From Vulcanimicrobiota bacterium (GTDB taxonomy: Bacteria > Vulcanimicrobiota > Xenobia > Xenobiales > JADMJV01): a stretch of DNA of 64,000 nucleotides. Positions 51,039 to 59,715 of the stretch are shown here, piece after piece. The position numbers were made by a program, and so were the translations under genes. The stretch is from positions 192,001 to 256,000 of the forward strand of contig JBFWNU010000005.1 of the NCBI GenBank assembly GCA_050250895.1. Reading direction: 5' to 3'. Each line of letters begins with the position of its first letter. The stretch's first letter is position 1. Under the pieces are notes generated by a model that saw only the letters and a program-made list of their open reading frames with translations, had not been told where the DNA came from and did not search any database.

Positions 51039-52006
51039 GCCAAACGTTCCAACAGGGTCCGGGCTTGCTCGCCCCGGTCAAGGTCGTAGCGGAGCCCCCA
51101 GCTCTGGGCCTGGGCGACCAGGTTGGTCAACAGCGAAAAGACGAAGCGGCTGGCCTGATCGAGCTCGGGTTGCGGCGGGATCTTGCGAAATAGCAGCATC
51201 GACTCGCGCAGCAACTCGTCGAGGGTCTCGCTGGTGGGGCGAGGCGCGAGCCCGGCGGGGCCGTCTTCGGGCAGCAGCCTCACCAGGTGAGCCACCTCGA
51301 CTGCCTGCCTGGGTCGGGGCAGGTCCAGCGGCAATTTTCCGTAAAAGTCGGGGCCGTCCCGAAGATGGCGGCCACACCAGGGAAGGAGCCCCAAGGCGTG
51401 CCGGGTGATCAAGGGCACCTGCAACGAGGCCACCCCCATCGGCTTGTCCCCGTCGAGAAAGAAGATAGGACTGTCGTCGGCCAGAAGCTGCCAGCCGGCT
51501 TCGACCATGCGCAAGGCCGTGGTCGTTTTTCCGATTCCCCCCGGGCCATATAACAATACCCCCCGGCCGTTCTTTGCCACCAGGGCGCCGTGGAGCGCTC
51601 GAAGTCCGGTCAGAGGAAAGACAAATCCCCGCAACACCGAGCGGAAGAAGGAGCTAAAGAAGTCCTCCGGAGAGTCGAGATAGCCTCGGCCCAGGCTGGC
51701 CCGGACGGTTGCGAGGGCGAAGTCTACCTCGATGAAGTGTTGACGGTCGCCGTCGATACGAGAGCGAAAGCGCGGGCGTTCGTAATAGCACGGTCCGCTC
51801 CCCAGGTTGTGTTCGGTCAAGAGGCCGCAGGCCTTGCCGACGCCAACAGGCCATTCGGCCAACTGCATCGTCCATTCCCGCCCGCCGCTATGGCCGTAGC
51901 CGTGAGGCAGCCGGGCCTCTAGCCACCGGAGCAGGCGGGGGCTCTGGCTGCGGATAGTCAGGCTCAGGCGAGGCAACTCGAGGCGCACCGCCTCTAGAGT
52001 CTTCAT
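51035..52006 (-). CDS. HPr kinase-related P-loop kinase
   Basis: LHGALV, GPGGIGKTT, LADD. Confidence 0.85.
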   Translation of the reverse strand: MKTLEAVRLELPRLSLTIRSQSPRLLRWLEARLPHGYGHSGGREWTMQLAEWPVGVGKACGLLTEHNLGSGPCYYERPRFRSRIDGDRQHFIEVDFALATVRASLGRGYLDSPEDFFSSFFRSVLRGFVFPLTGLRALHGALVAKNGRGVLLYGPGGIGKTTTALRMVEAGWQLLADDSPIFFLDGDKPMGVASLQVPLITRHALGLLPWCGRHLRDGPDFYGKLPLDLPRPRQAVEVAHLVRLLPEDGPAGLAPRPTSETLDELLRESMLLFRKIPPQPELDQASRFVFSLLTNLVAQAQSWGLRYDLDRGEQARTLLERLA

Positions 52007-52043
52007 GCCAGGAGTTTAGCCTGCCGGCAAGTAACCCCCTTCC

Positions 52044-52385
52044 ATGAGTGATCGATTTCTCTGGCGGATCGTCAACGGCGAGGCTCTGGTGGTCGACCTG
52101 AGCAACGGCGACTACTATTCCCTAAATCCCACCGGGACCGAGATTCTCCGGCGCATGACCGAGGGCGAAGGGGCCGACCAAGTGGCTGCCTATCTCGAGG
52201 ACCGATTTGGCCGGGCCGTAGGCGAAGAGGTGGCTGACTTCTTTCGCCAGCTGCAGCACGAGCAGTTGGATGGGCTGGCGGGCGATTCGACCCAGGCCCT
52301 CGAGCTGGCCCAATACGCTCCCCCCGTGCTGCGCAAGTACAGCCAGCTGGACTCGTTGGCCGCTTATTCTCCAGACAAGCTCTGA
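52044..52385 (+). CDS. PqqD/RRE protein with C-terminal lasso-type leader motif
   Basis: WRIVNGEALVVDLSNGDYYSLNPTGTEIL...VADFFRQL; tail YAPPVLRKYSQLDSLAAYSPDKL. Confidence 0.88.
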   Translation: MSDRFLWRIVNGEALVVDLSNGDYYSLNPTGTEILRRMTEGEGADQVAAYLEDRFGRAVGEEVADFFRQLQHEQLDGLAGDSTQALELAQYAPPVLRKYSQLDSLAAYSPDKL

Positions 52386-53395
52386 AGAAACCCTTCCTTC
52401 ACCAGTTCACTCACGAAGCGCTCGAGCTCGTGTTGCAGCCGAGCCGGTTCGAGGCCCAGTCTGGCTCGCAGCTGCTCGAAAGCATCGTCGCCACTGCTGG
52501 TGAGGCAACGCCACATGAGCGCTCCCTGGCGGCCGACTTCCAACCGCCGCTGCCGGGTGGCCAGCCAGAGCGTGTCGGCCTGACTATACCAGCAGGCCAG
52601 ATCGTCGGCCGGTTTGAGGTCGGTCCGGGGTAAGGGAGGGCGCTTCAACGGCTGCCAGACCGCCACCCGGGGGCCGCTCCACCGGTCCCAAAAGGCGCCT
52701 AGCCGATAAGCGAGCGCGTAGGGGTCGAAGCCGCCACCGCCCACCCCGAAGCCGAACCTGCGGCCCACTCGGGCCGCGCCTCGTCCGTAGCGAAAGAAGC
52801 GGGCCAGCATGCCCACTCGGCCGCGCCGATCAAGATGAATGACTGGATCCTGATCGGTCAGGGCCAGAGGCCACCCGGCCAGTAAAGCCCGCCAGCACAG
52901 TTCGACATCCTCGCAGGCCGGCAAGCTTTCGTCAAAGCCCCTCAGTTCGTCGAGCACCTGCCGGCGAAAGAGGGCGTTGCCGGTCTTTAGCCAGGCAAAG
53001 GGGCTACGCAGCCAGCTGAGCTCGTCGGTCGAGGGCGGGCTCGCACCCAGGTAACGCCACTCGATGGGACCACCCACGGCTCCCGCCTGGCTCGACTCCA
53101 GACGCGCCAACAGGCCTCCCGGCCATCCGCGTGCGACTTGACAATGGGCGTCAAGAAAGGCCACCAGAGGCGAGCGGCCGGCGGCGATACCCAGGTTGCG
53201 GGCCCGTCCGACCGACCCATGGCCGGCTAGCACCTGAGCTCCATGCCGGCGGGCCAGGGCGGCCGTGGCGTCAGACGAGCCGTTGTCGACCACCACCGGA
53301 CGCAATAGCCTGGCCATGCTGGTGCCGGCCAGGCTCTCGAGGCAGGCACCGATATCGCGCTCCTCGTTGCGGGCCGGGATGATGACGTCGATCAA
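52364..53395 (-). CDS. Glycosyltransferase family 2 with C-terminal RRE-like domain
   Basis: VIIPARNE, DNGSSD, FLDAH, EDVELCWR; C-term LEVGRQGALMWRCL...LERFVSELVKEGFL. Confidence 0.85.
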   Translation of the reverse strand: MIDVIIPARNEERDIGACLESLAGTSMARLLRPVVVDNGSSDATAALARRHGAQVLAGHGSVGRARNLGIAAGRSPLVAFLDAHCQVARGWPGGLLARLESSQAGAVGGPIEWRYLGASPPSTDELSWLRSPFAWLKTGNALFRRQVLDELRGFDESLPACEDVELCWRALLAGWPLALTDQDPVIHLDRRGRVGMLARFFRYGRGAARVGRRFGFGVGGGGFDPYALAYRLGAFWDRWSGPRVAVWQPLKRPPLPRTDLKPADDLACWYSQADTLWLATRQRRLEVGRQGALMWRCLTSSGDDAFEQLRARLGLEPARLQHELERFVSELVKEGFLQSLSGE

Positions 53396-54795
53396 GAGAT
53401 GGCCACCTGCAGTTCGTCGAACAGTTCTTCACGCCATTGGTCGAGCTGTCCTGGCCCTAGCTGCTCAGGGGGCCGGTCGGGTTGGATGGCCTTGAGGTCC
53501 AGACCCTGGGGGTAGCCGGGTCGCGGTCCGAGGTAGTGGTCGCGCGTGGCCAGCAAACACAGGTCCCACAAGCCGGCCTTGAGGCCTTCCCACTGGAGGG
53601 TGCTGACGCTTCCCCTTCGAGCGGGATAGGTGGTCATGTGCTGGCGCCGCCGCGACCAGCCACGTTCGAAGGCCTCGAAGTCGTTGTAGGGAGAGCCCGG
53701 GTAGCGCGGTCGGTGTTGATAGCAATAGGGAGAGATTCCGCTGGCCCCGCTCTTGTAAAGACCAAAGCCGGCCAGCACTCGGTGCGTCATCGCCTGCTCC
53801 GGGTAGGTTTGCCAATAGAAGTAGGTGTTTTGCGGTCGCAGCTGAGGAAAAGCCTCGAGCATCTCCATCGGAGCGGCGCCGCCATCGAGGCACAGACTGA
53901 CGATGTCGGGACCCCCGCCACTGAAGGTCTGCCAGGATACGGCCGAGGCCATGGTGGGCCAGTGCGGATAGAGCCTGCGGGCCAGGGTCAGATTGCGATG
54001 GTGGACCTCCCAGGTGTTCCCTCCGGCGTCGACTTCGTCGCTGACATAGAGAACCGGCTGCATGGCGTGAAAGTCGAGCTTGGCCAGCCAGCGGGGAAAT
54101 GGCTGCAGCAACACGGCCCGGCCGCAAAAGCCGCACTCGCTGGCCAGGTCGAGCACCTTCTGGGCCAGCCGCTGACTGCGCTCTCTGAGGCTGAAGCTCG
54201 TAAAGCCCGCCGTTCGAATGTCGCGCAGTTGCCAGCGCAACTCGGCTTCGTCGACATAGTGTTGGCTGCGACGGGGATCCAGGGTGGCCCGCAGCCAGAG
54301 CATTCGGTCTTGAGCGGGCTCGACCGGACGCACACCCAGGACCTCGACTTCGATGGGCAGGCAGAATTCGCGGCCACTCGCCCGCGCCACCAGTTGGGTT
54401 TGGTAGACCCCCGCCGGTTGGTCGGGCGGCACCCGCAGGCTCAGCCACAGTCGCTTGGGGAGCCGACCCAGCCGGGTCACGGCCGGTCCGGCCAGGCGCA
54501 GGTCGGGGGGCTGATAGTAGTAGCGCCACCCTTTGCGCAGGTAGCCATCCTCGATGGCGTCCTGGTCGCACTTGAGCAGCTTCTCGGGCACGGGCTTGAG
54601 GCGTTCCTGAAAGAAGCCGTCGCCGGGCTTGGGGGTGTCCTCGACGACGAAGGCTTCTCCGTGCAAGCCACGTTGGGGTGGGTATTCGACCACCAGCGTG
54701 CTATCGGGCTGCCCGCTCGCCCACAGTTCAAAGCCCAACTCCTGGCCCGGAAGCGCTCGCAGGCTGCGCCGGCTGGGGTCGAAGGTGAGAGTCAC
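53392..54795 (-). CDS. Hypothetical glycoside hydrolase-like protein (GH123/DUF4091-like)
   Basis: LWLSLRVPPDQPAGVY, YVSDE, YPARRGSVSTLQWEGLKAGLWD. Confidence 0.55.
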   Translation of the reverse strand: MTLTFDPSRRSLRALPGQELGFELWASGQPDSTLVVEYPPQRGLHGEAFVVEDTPKPGDGFFQERLKPVPEKLLKCDQDAIEDGYLRKGWRYYYQPPDLRLAGPAVTRLGRLPKRLWLSLRVPPDQPAGVYQTQLVARASGREFCLPIEVEVLGVRPVEPAQDRMLWLRATLDPRRSQHYVDEAELRWQLRDIRTAGFTSFSLRERSQRLAQKVLDLASECGFCGRAVLLQPFPRWLAKLDFHAMQPVLYVSDEVDAGGNTWEVHHRNLTLARRLYPHWPTMASAVSWQTFSGGGPDIVSLCLDGGAAPMEMLEAFPQLRPQNTYFYWQTYPEQAMTHRVLAGFGLYKSGASGISPYCYQHRPRYPGSPYNDFEAFERGWSRRRQHMTTYPARRGSVSTLQWEGLKAGLWDLCLLATRDHYLGPRPGYPQGLDLKAIQPDRPPEQLGPGQLDQWREELFDELQVAIS

Positions 54796-56039
54796 GAGAG
54801 CTTGGCCTGGAGCCTCTGACGGCTTTCGGGAAAGGTGAGCAGCACCTGGCAGAGATCGTATTGGGCCTTGAACACCGCCTGGCAGGCGCCCGGGCAGGCG
54901 GCCAGGGTGGCCGCCTCGTCGCGAAGCTGGCTCAACCGCACCGGGTCGAGGCCCACTTCAAGCTGCTGCCGCAAAGCTCGCTCGATCCGGTTGGCCGTTC
55001 GCTCCACCTGGGGCGGAGTGAAATGCCCGCCCTCAACCAGCCTGGCAGCCAGATCCTCGAGCCTGGCCTGGTCCACGGCGGGTTGAACCTCGAGTCTTTC
55101 GAGGACGGCCTGGAGGCGACCAGCCACCGTGTCCCAATCAGGCAGGCAGCCCACCGTCTCCAGTCCCCTGGCTCTCAGGCGCTGGGCCAACCGGGGTTGA
55201 GCTTGCAGGCGGCGCAGGCCTTCGGCCAATTCGGTCGGCGAGCCGGGCTCGACCAGCAGCAGGTTGTGCTCATCATGCCCGTATTCCTCGACCCCGCCGT
55301 TGCGGCTACAGAGGACCGGGACACCGCAGGCCATGGCCTCCAGCGGCGGCAGTCCCAGGCTTTCGTAGCGGCTCGACGAGCAGAGCACATCGCAGCCTGC
55401 GATGATGGAGCCCAATTGCTGGCGCGGCGGGTTGTGATGGTGCTCAACCTGAAAAGGCACTTCAGGCGGGTTCGGATTGCGCGAGACCATGACCAGCACG
55501 TAAGCGAAGTCGAGCGTTTCGAGCGCTTTGACCACCGCCGCGAAGTCTTTGACCGGCAACCTGTCGTCGCCGATCCAGAGAATTCGAAATGCCCCCTTTC
55601 GAGTTCGTCGGCGGGGTTGGAAATGCTGCCTGTCCAGGGCCAGTTGCAGATAGATCGACGGCCTGCCGAGTTGGGCCAGCAGCCGGGCCAGCGGGCGGGA
55701 AGTAGCGATGAGGGTGAAGGGCAGGTCGAGCAGTTCTTGGTAGATGGGCCGATTGGGTCCGGTCTGGAAGGGCTCGTAGGATTGGCATAAGACGGCCACC
55801 GGAGCCCTGCTTCGGGTTAGCACCCAGGGCAGCAAATTCAAGTGGGACAGCAAAATCCGCTGGCCCGAGAACTTCTGCGGAAAGTCCCTCGCCTGGGCGA
55901 AGGGAACCCCCAGGTCGAACCAATCCGGCTTGGGGCCAAAAGAGACGACGTGGGCCCCGGGCAACCGATTGGCAAGCTCGAGCAGCACCCGCGTGCCGCC
56001 TCCCACTGCGGTCGAAGCCATGAGCACTTGCGTCCTCAT
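54792..56039 (-). CDS. Glycosyltransferase family 4
   Basis: GGGTRVLLELANRL, SSRYESLGLPPLEAMACG. Confidence 0.9.
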   Translation of the reverse strand: MRTQVLMASTAVGGGTRVLLELANRLPGAHVVSFGPKPDWFDLGVPFAQARDFPQKFSGQRILLSHLNLLPWVLTRSRAPVAVLCQSYEPFQTGPNRPIYQELLDLPFTLIATSRPLARLLAQLGRPSIYLQLALDRQHFQPRRRTRKGAFRILWIGDDRLPVKDFAAVVKALETLDFAYVLVMVSRNPNPPEVPFQVEHHHNPPRQQLGSIIAGCDVLCSSSRYESLGLPPLEAMACGVPVLCSRNGGVEEYGHDEHNLLLVEPGSPTELAEGLRRLQAQPRLAQRLRARGLETVGCLPDWDTVAGRLQAVLERLEVQPAVDQARLEDLAARLVEGGHFTPPQVERTANRIERALRQQLEVGLDPVRLSQLRDEAATLAACPGACQAVFKAQYDLCQVLLTFPESRQRLQAKLS

Positions 56040-56653
56040 CGGGTCAACATCTGCCGATAAGCCTGGTCCCAATGGATGTGCTCGGCTTGCCACCCGGGCC
56101 CGATGGAGTAGCGGTCGAGCGGACGGGGACGCTCCTGGGCGATGGCCTGGCGAACTCGGGTCTGATCGACCGACCCGGCCCCGAGCCACTCGATGACCCT
56201 GCTCAGAGTGGCCTCTGGGTCGGCGAGCATGGATTCGTAGCTGACCACGAGACCGGCGCGAGGCAACCATTTGTGGCAAAAGGCCAGATGGTAGGCCAGG
56301 CCGCGCCTGGCGAAGGTGTCCCAATCCTCGGCCTCGAGTCGGGGCAGCCGTCCCTCTTCAAAGAGCTGGTAGTAGGAACGAAGGGCCGGTAGGGGAGAGC
56401 GCACCTGAACCAGGCAGGGCAAGTCGGTGGCCAGACTCAGGTCGAGATCGTGGTGCTTCTGAAAGTTGGTCTCGGGCAGGCTGCACGGCACTTGATGGCA
56501 GTGGCCATAATAGCTACAGTAGACGAATGCACGATTGGGCTCGGGATGGGTCGAGACCGGGCCTGGTCCGTTGAAATAATCCCACAACAGGCGGACCAGC
56601 AGGTGGTGGCCACTGCGGGGAAAGCTAACGCAGATAGCCCTGGTCAGTTCCAA
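56036..56653 (-). CDS. Sulfotransferase-fold protein
   Basis: 5'-PSB-like SFPRSGHHLL, KHH, 3'-PB-like VRSPLPALRSY, SYE. Confidence 0.75.
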   Translation of the reverse strand: MELTRAICVSFPRSGHHLLVRLLWDYFNGPGPVSTHPEPNRAFVYCSYYGHCHQVPCSLPETNFQKHHDLDLSLATDLPCLVQVRSPLPALRSYYQLFEEGRLPRLEAEDWDTFARRGLAYHLAFCHKWLPRAGLVVSYESMLADPEATLSRVIEWLGAGSVDQTRVRQAIAQERPRPLDRYSIGPGWQAEHIHWDQAYRQMLTR

Positions 56654-57936
56654 AGGCTCGGCTCCTGGGACCAGGTCAGCAGCACCCCGGCCAGGTCGAA
56701 ACTGGCCCGCGCCGCGCCGTAGAACTCGGCCGTGGGGCATTCGAGCAAGGCTGCCAGCCGGTGACGAACATCCTCGAGTTGGCGGCGCTCTGGCTGGCCA
56801 AGAACTCCGCCCGAGCGACACTGGGCGATCACTTCGCGTGCCTGCTCGCAAACGCGATAGGTCTCGATGGGAGTGAATACTCCCTGCTCCACCAGTTCTT
56901 TGGCTAGCCGCTCGAGTTCGGCCTGGTCCGGCTGCCAGGGCCGGGCGTCGGCCAGGACCTGCTCGAACGCCCGCAGGGTTGCCGGCCACTCGAAGCGCCC
57001 TTCGAGGTCGCGCCGTGCTTGCCGGCTCAGGCGCTCCCCGAGCCCCTCCTCGGTCAAGACCTGCTCTAGAGCACGGGCCATGGCGGCGCGATCTCCGGCT
57101 TCCACCAACAGCATGTTCTGGCCGGCGCGCCCGTAGTCGTCGACCCCCAGGTTGCGGGTCGAGACCACCGGCAGCCCGCTGGCCATGGCTTGCAGGGTCG
57201 CCAGATCGTGCCCCTCATACCACGAGCTGCAGAGATAGGCGTGGCAGCTGGCAAAGGCCTCCTCTAGCTGGTCGGGGTCGGGCTTGTAGAGGACCTGCCA
57301 GCCAAACTGATGGCCCTCGAGGTGGTCGCGTGGGGACGTCTCGGGGCTGAGCAAGACCAGTTCGAAGTCGAATCGCCTGGCCAGTTCGTCGAGGGCGGCA
57401 AAGCCGTCGCTCATGCCTTTGTAGGGAGCCAGCGGTGCCCCGCTCATCAAGATGCGCAACGGCCCTGTCGGCCGGGACCGATAGGCGAGCTTCTCGATGC
57501 CCACCGGAACGTAGTGGCTGGGTTGTCCTAGCAGCCCCTGCACCGAGCGAGAGACGGCCACCAGATTCAGCGGCAACGCCTCGATGGCCCCAAACACGGG
57601 ACAGGGCCGGCGTAGCTCCTCGAGGGTCTGGCCGTAGTAAAAGCTCTCGTAGCCCTGGCAAAAGAAGATCAGTTTGGGGCTGAATCGGCCCACGCTTGGC
57701 ACCAGGTGAGCATTGGAGACCACCACCACCTCGGGTTGGCGTGCCTGGATCAGCCCGGGCAGGTCGTCACTCTGAACAAATGGAGCCTGGAGCGAATACC
57801 AGTCAGGCCGGCTGCCCCACGAGGCCACCTCGACTCGCCGGCCGCTGGCCAGCAGCCGGTCGGCCAGACCAAATAGCAGGCGGGTGCAGTCTCCCATGAC
57901 AGTTCGGGTCAGGCAGAAGAGAATCTCAGCTTTCAC
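56644..57936 (-). CDS. Glycosyltransferase family 4
   Basis: [24 protein letters not shown]. Confidence 0.88.
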   Translation of the reverse strand: MKAEILFCLTRTVMGDCTRLLFGLADRLLASGRRVEVASWGSRPDWYSLQAPFVQSDDLPGLIQARQPEVVVVSNAHLVPSVGRFSPKLIFFCQGYESFYYGQTLEELRRPCPVFGAIEALPLNLVAVSRSVQGLLGQPSHYVPVGIEKLAYRSRPTGPLRILMSGAPLAPYKGMSDGFAALDELARRFDFELVLLSPETSPRDHLEGHQFGWQVLYKPDPDQLEEAFASCHAYLCSSWYEGHDLATLQAMASGLPVVSTRNLGVDDYGRAGQNMLLVEAGDRAAMARALEQVLTEEGLGERLSRQARRDLEGRFEWPATLRAFEQVLADARPWQPDQAELERLAKELVEQGVFTPIETYRVCEQAREVIAQCRSGGVLGQPERRQLEDVRHRLAALLECPTAEFYGAARASFDLAGVLLTWSQEPSLWN

Positions 57937-58855
57937 GTCGCATCGCTCCCTGGCGGTACCAGGCGATGGTGCGGGCCAGTCCTTCGTCGAAGCTGGTGGT
58001 GGCCCGCCAGCCGAAGGCCTCTTCGGCGAGCCGACTGTCGACCAGTCGCCTGGGCTGGCCGTCGGGCCGGCTCCTATCGAACTCGATGGGCCCCTCGAAT
58101 CCCGTCAGACGGGCGATTTTTGTAGCCAGATCGGCCACCTTGATCTCCTGGCCTGAACCCAGGTTGACCGGCTCTGACTCGGAGTAGGCCTCGGCAGCCC
58201 GCACAATCGCCTCGGCGGCGTCGTCGACGTAGAGAAACTCGCGGGTGGCCCGGCCGCTGCCCCAGACGGTCAGACCTTGTCCGCTGAGGCACTTGCCAAT
58301 CAGGGCTGGAATGACGTGGCTGGTGTCCGGGTCGATGTGATCGCCCGGCCCGTAGAGGTTGACCGGCATCAAGAAGATCGAGTTGAACCCATATTGCTGG
58401 CGATAGGCCTGACCGGCTACCAGCATCATCTTTTTGGCCAGGGCATAGGGAGCGTTGGTCTCTTCGGGATAGCCATTCCACAGGTCGTTCTCGTTGAAGG
58501 GCACGGGGGTGTGCTTGGGATAGCAGCAGACGGTCCCCACCGAGACGAACTTTTCGACCCCGGCCTGCCAGCAAGCGTGAAAAAAGGGAACTCCCATCAT
58601 CAGGTTGTCATAGAAGAACTCGGCCGGGCGGGCCTGATTGGCTCCAATACCTCCCACCCGGGCGGCCAGATGGATGACCACCTCCGGCTCGGCCTCGGCC
58701 AGGAGCCTTTGGCCGGCGCCCGCCTGGCACAGGTCGCGCTCAGACCCCACGGCCGTCACCCTGGCCCCGGCCCGCTCGAGTCGGGGCACGACGTAGCCAC
58801 CGAGAAAACCCGTGCCACCGGTAACCAGCACCGCTTTGCCTGTCCAAAACGACAT
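57926..58855 (-). CDS. fcl: GDP-L-fucose synthase
   Basis: [55 protein letters not shown]. Confidence 0.95.
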   Translation of the reverse strand: MSFWTGKAVLVTGGTGFLGGYVVPRLERAGARVTAVGSERDLCQAGAGQRLLAEAEPEVVIHLAARVGGIGANQARPAEFFYDNLMMGVPFFHACWQAGVEKFVSVGTVCCYPKHTPVPFNENDLWNGYPEETNAPYALAKKMMLVAGQAYRQQYGFNSIFLMPVNLYGPGDHIDPDTSHVIPALIGKCLSGQGLTVWGSGRATREFLYVDDAAEAIVRAAEAYSESEPVNLGSGQEIKVADLATKIARLTGFEGPIEFDRSRPDGQPRRLVDSRLAEEAFGWRATTSFDEGLARTIAWYRQGAMRRES

Positions 58856-59041
58856 GTGACGCTGCTTCCCGCGCCCCGCTCCTGATCCCTGGGCGCTGGC
58901 GAGGAGTTGCCGTCAATTTGGCCGGGAGGACGTGACCGTGATTGGCGGGTCTTCGGGCGGTAGGTAGCAGACATGCTCGGGTCGGGCCATAGTCTGACCA
59001 TAGCCGCAGGCGGGCATCCGCGCCATGCCGAACTCAGCTAC

Positions 59042-59614
59042 GTGCTACCGCTGCCTCATCGACGCTTTTCGGCCGAGGAATATTTGCGCCTGGAGGCCGA
59101 CTCCGCCTCCAGAAGCGAGTTCCACGAGGGCCTGATTTATGCCATGACAGGCGGGTCGCTCGACCACAATCGCATCGTATGCAATCTGGTCCATCAGCTT
59201 CGTCTGGGTCTCGACGGGTCGGACTGCGAGGTCTTCAGCTCGGATGTTCGCCTGGCGGTAGAGGCGCATCAGCTATTCACCTATCCCGACGTGCTGGTCG
59301 TGTGCGGCTCCCCCCGGCTCTTCGAGGGGCGCAACGACACCCTGGTCGACGCCACGCTGATCGTAGAGGTGCTCTCCCCCTCGACCGAGTCCTACGATCG
59401 AGACCAGAAGTTCCGTTTTTACCGCGCCCTGCCTTCGCTCGAAGAGTATGTCACCGTGGCCCAGGCTTCGGTGTTGGTCGAGCAGCACCAACGCCAGTCC
59501 GACAGCACCTGGCTGCTCCGAGAGCATCACTCGCTCAGCCAGAGGCTTGCCCTCCGGTCGCTGGGGGTCGAGATCGGCCTCGAGGGAATCTATCAGAACA
59601 TCGAGGGGCTGTGA
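59042..59614 (+). CDS. Uma2 family endonuclease (DUF820)
   Basis: EEYLRLE...EFHEGLIYAMTGGS..H, YPDV, VEVLSPST, DRDQKF. Confidence 0.93.
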   Translation: MLPLPHRRFSAEEYLRLEADSASRSEFHEGLIYAMTGGSLDHNRIVCNLVHQLRLGLDGSDCEVFSSDVRLAVEAHQLFTYPDVLVVCGSPRLFEGRNDTLVDATLIVEVLSPSTESYDRDQKFRFYRALPSLEEYVTVAQASVLVEQHQRQSDSTWLLREHHSLSQRLALRSLGVEIGLEGIYQNIEGL

Positions 59615-59676
59615 CCGGCCGCCTAGCAGCAGGCAGCCAACCCTGGCCGCAGGGTATCGGGCAAAACCCGCGAACG

Positions 59677-59706
59677 GGAACAAAAGCACCTCTTTGTGCT
59701 GTCTAA
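59677..59706 (+). promoter_or_regulatory. Candidate ECF-sigma (autoregulatory) promoter
   Basis: GGAACAA-17-GTCTAA just upstream of ECF sigma gene. Confidence 0.5.
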
Positions 59707-59715
59707 CCCAAGAGC

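Noticed and set aside
51035-52385. Standard lasso peptide cluster
   Set aside because: No asparagine-synthetase-like cyclase or transglutaminase-like B2 in the window, and the tail is too short for a lasso ring.
45201-53395. Mycofactocin-like cluster (creatininase ~MftE, RRE ~MftB, GT2 ~MftF, SDR)
   Set aside because: No MftA core (IDGMCGVY), no radical SAM MftC and no MftD. The creatininase sits in a separate SDR/RidA operon 6 kb away.
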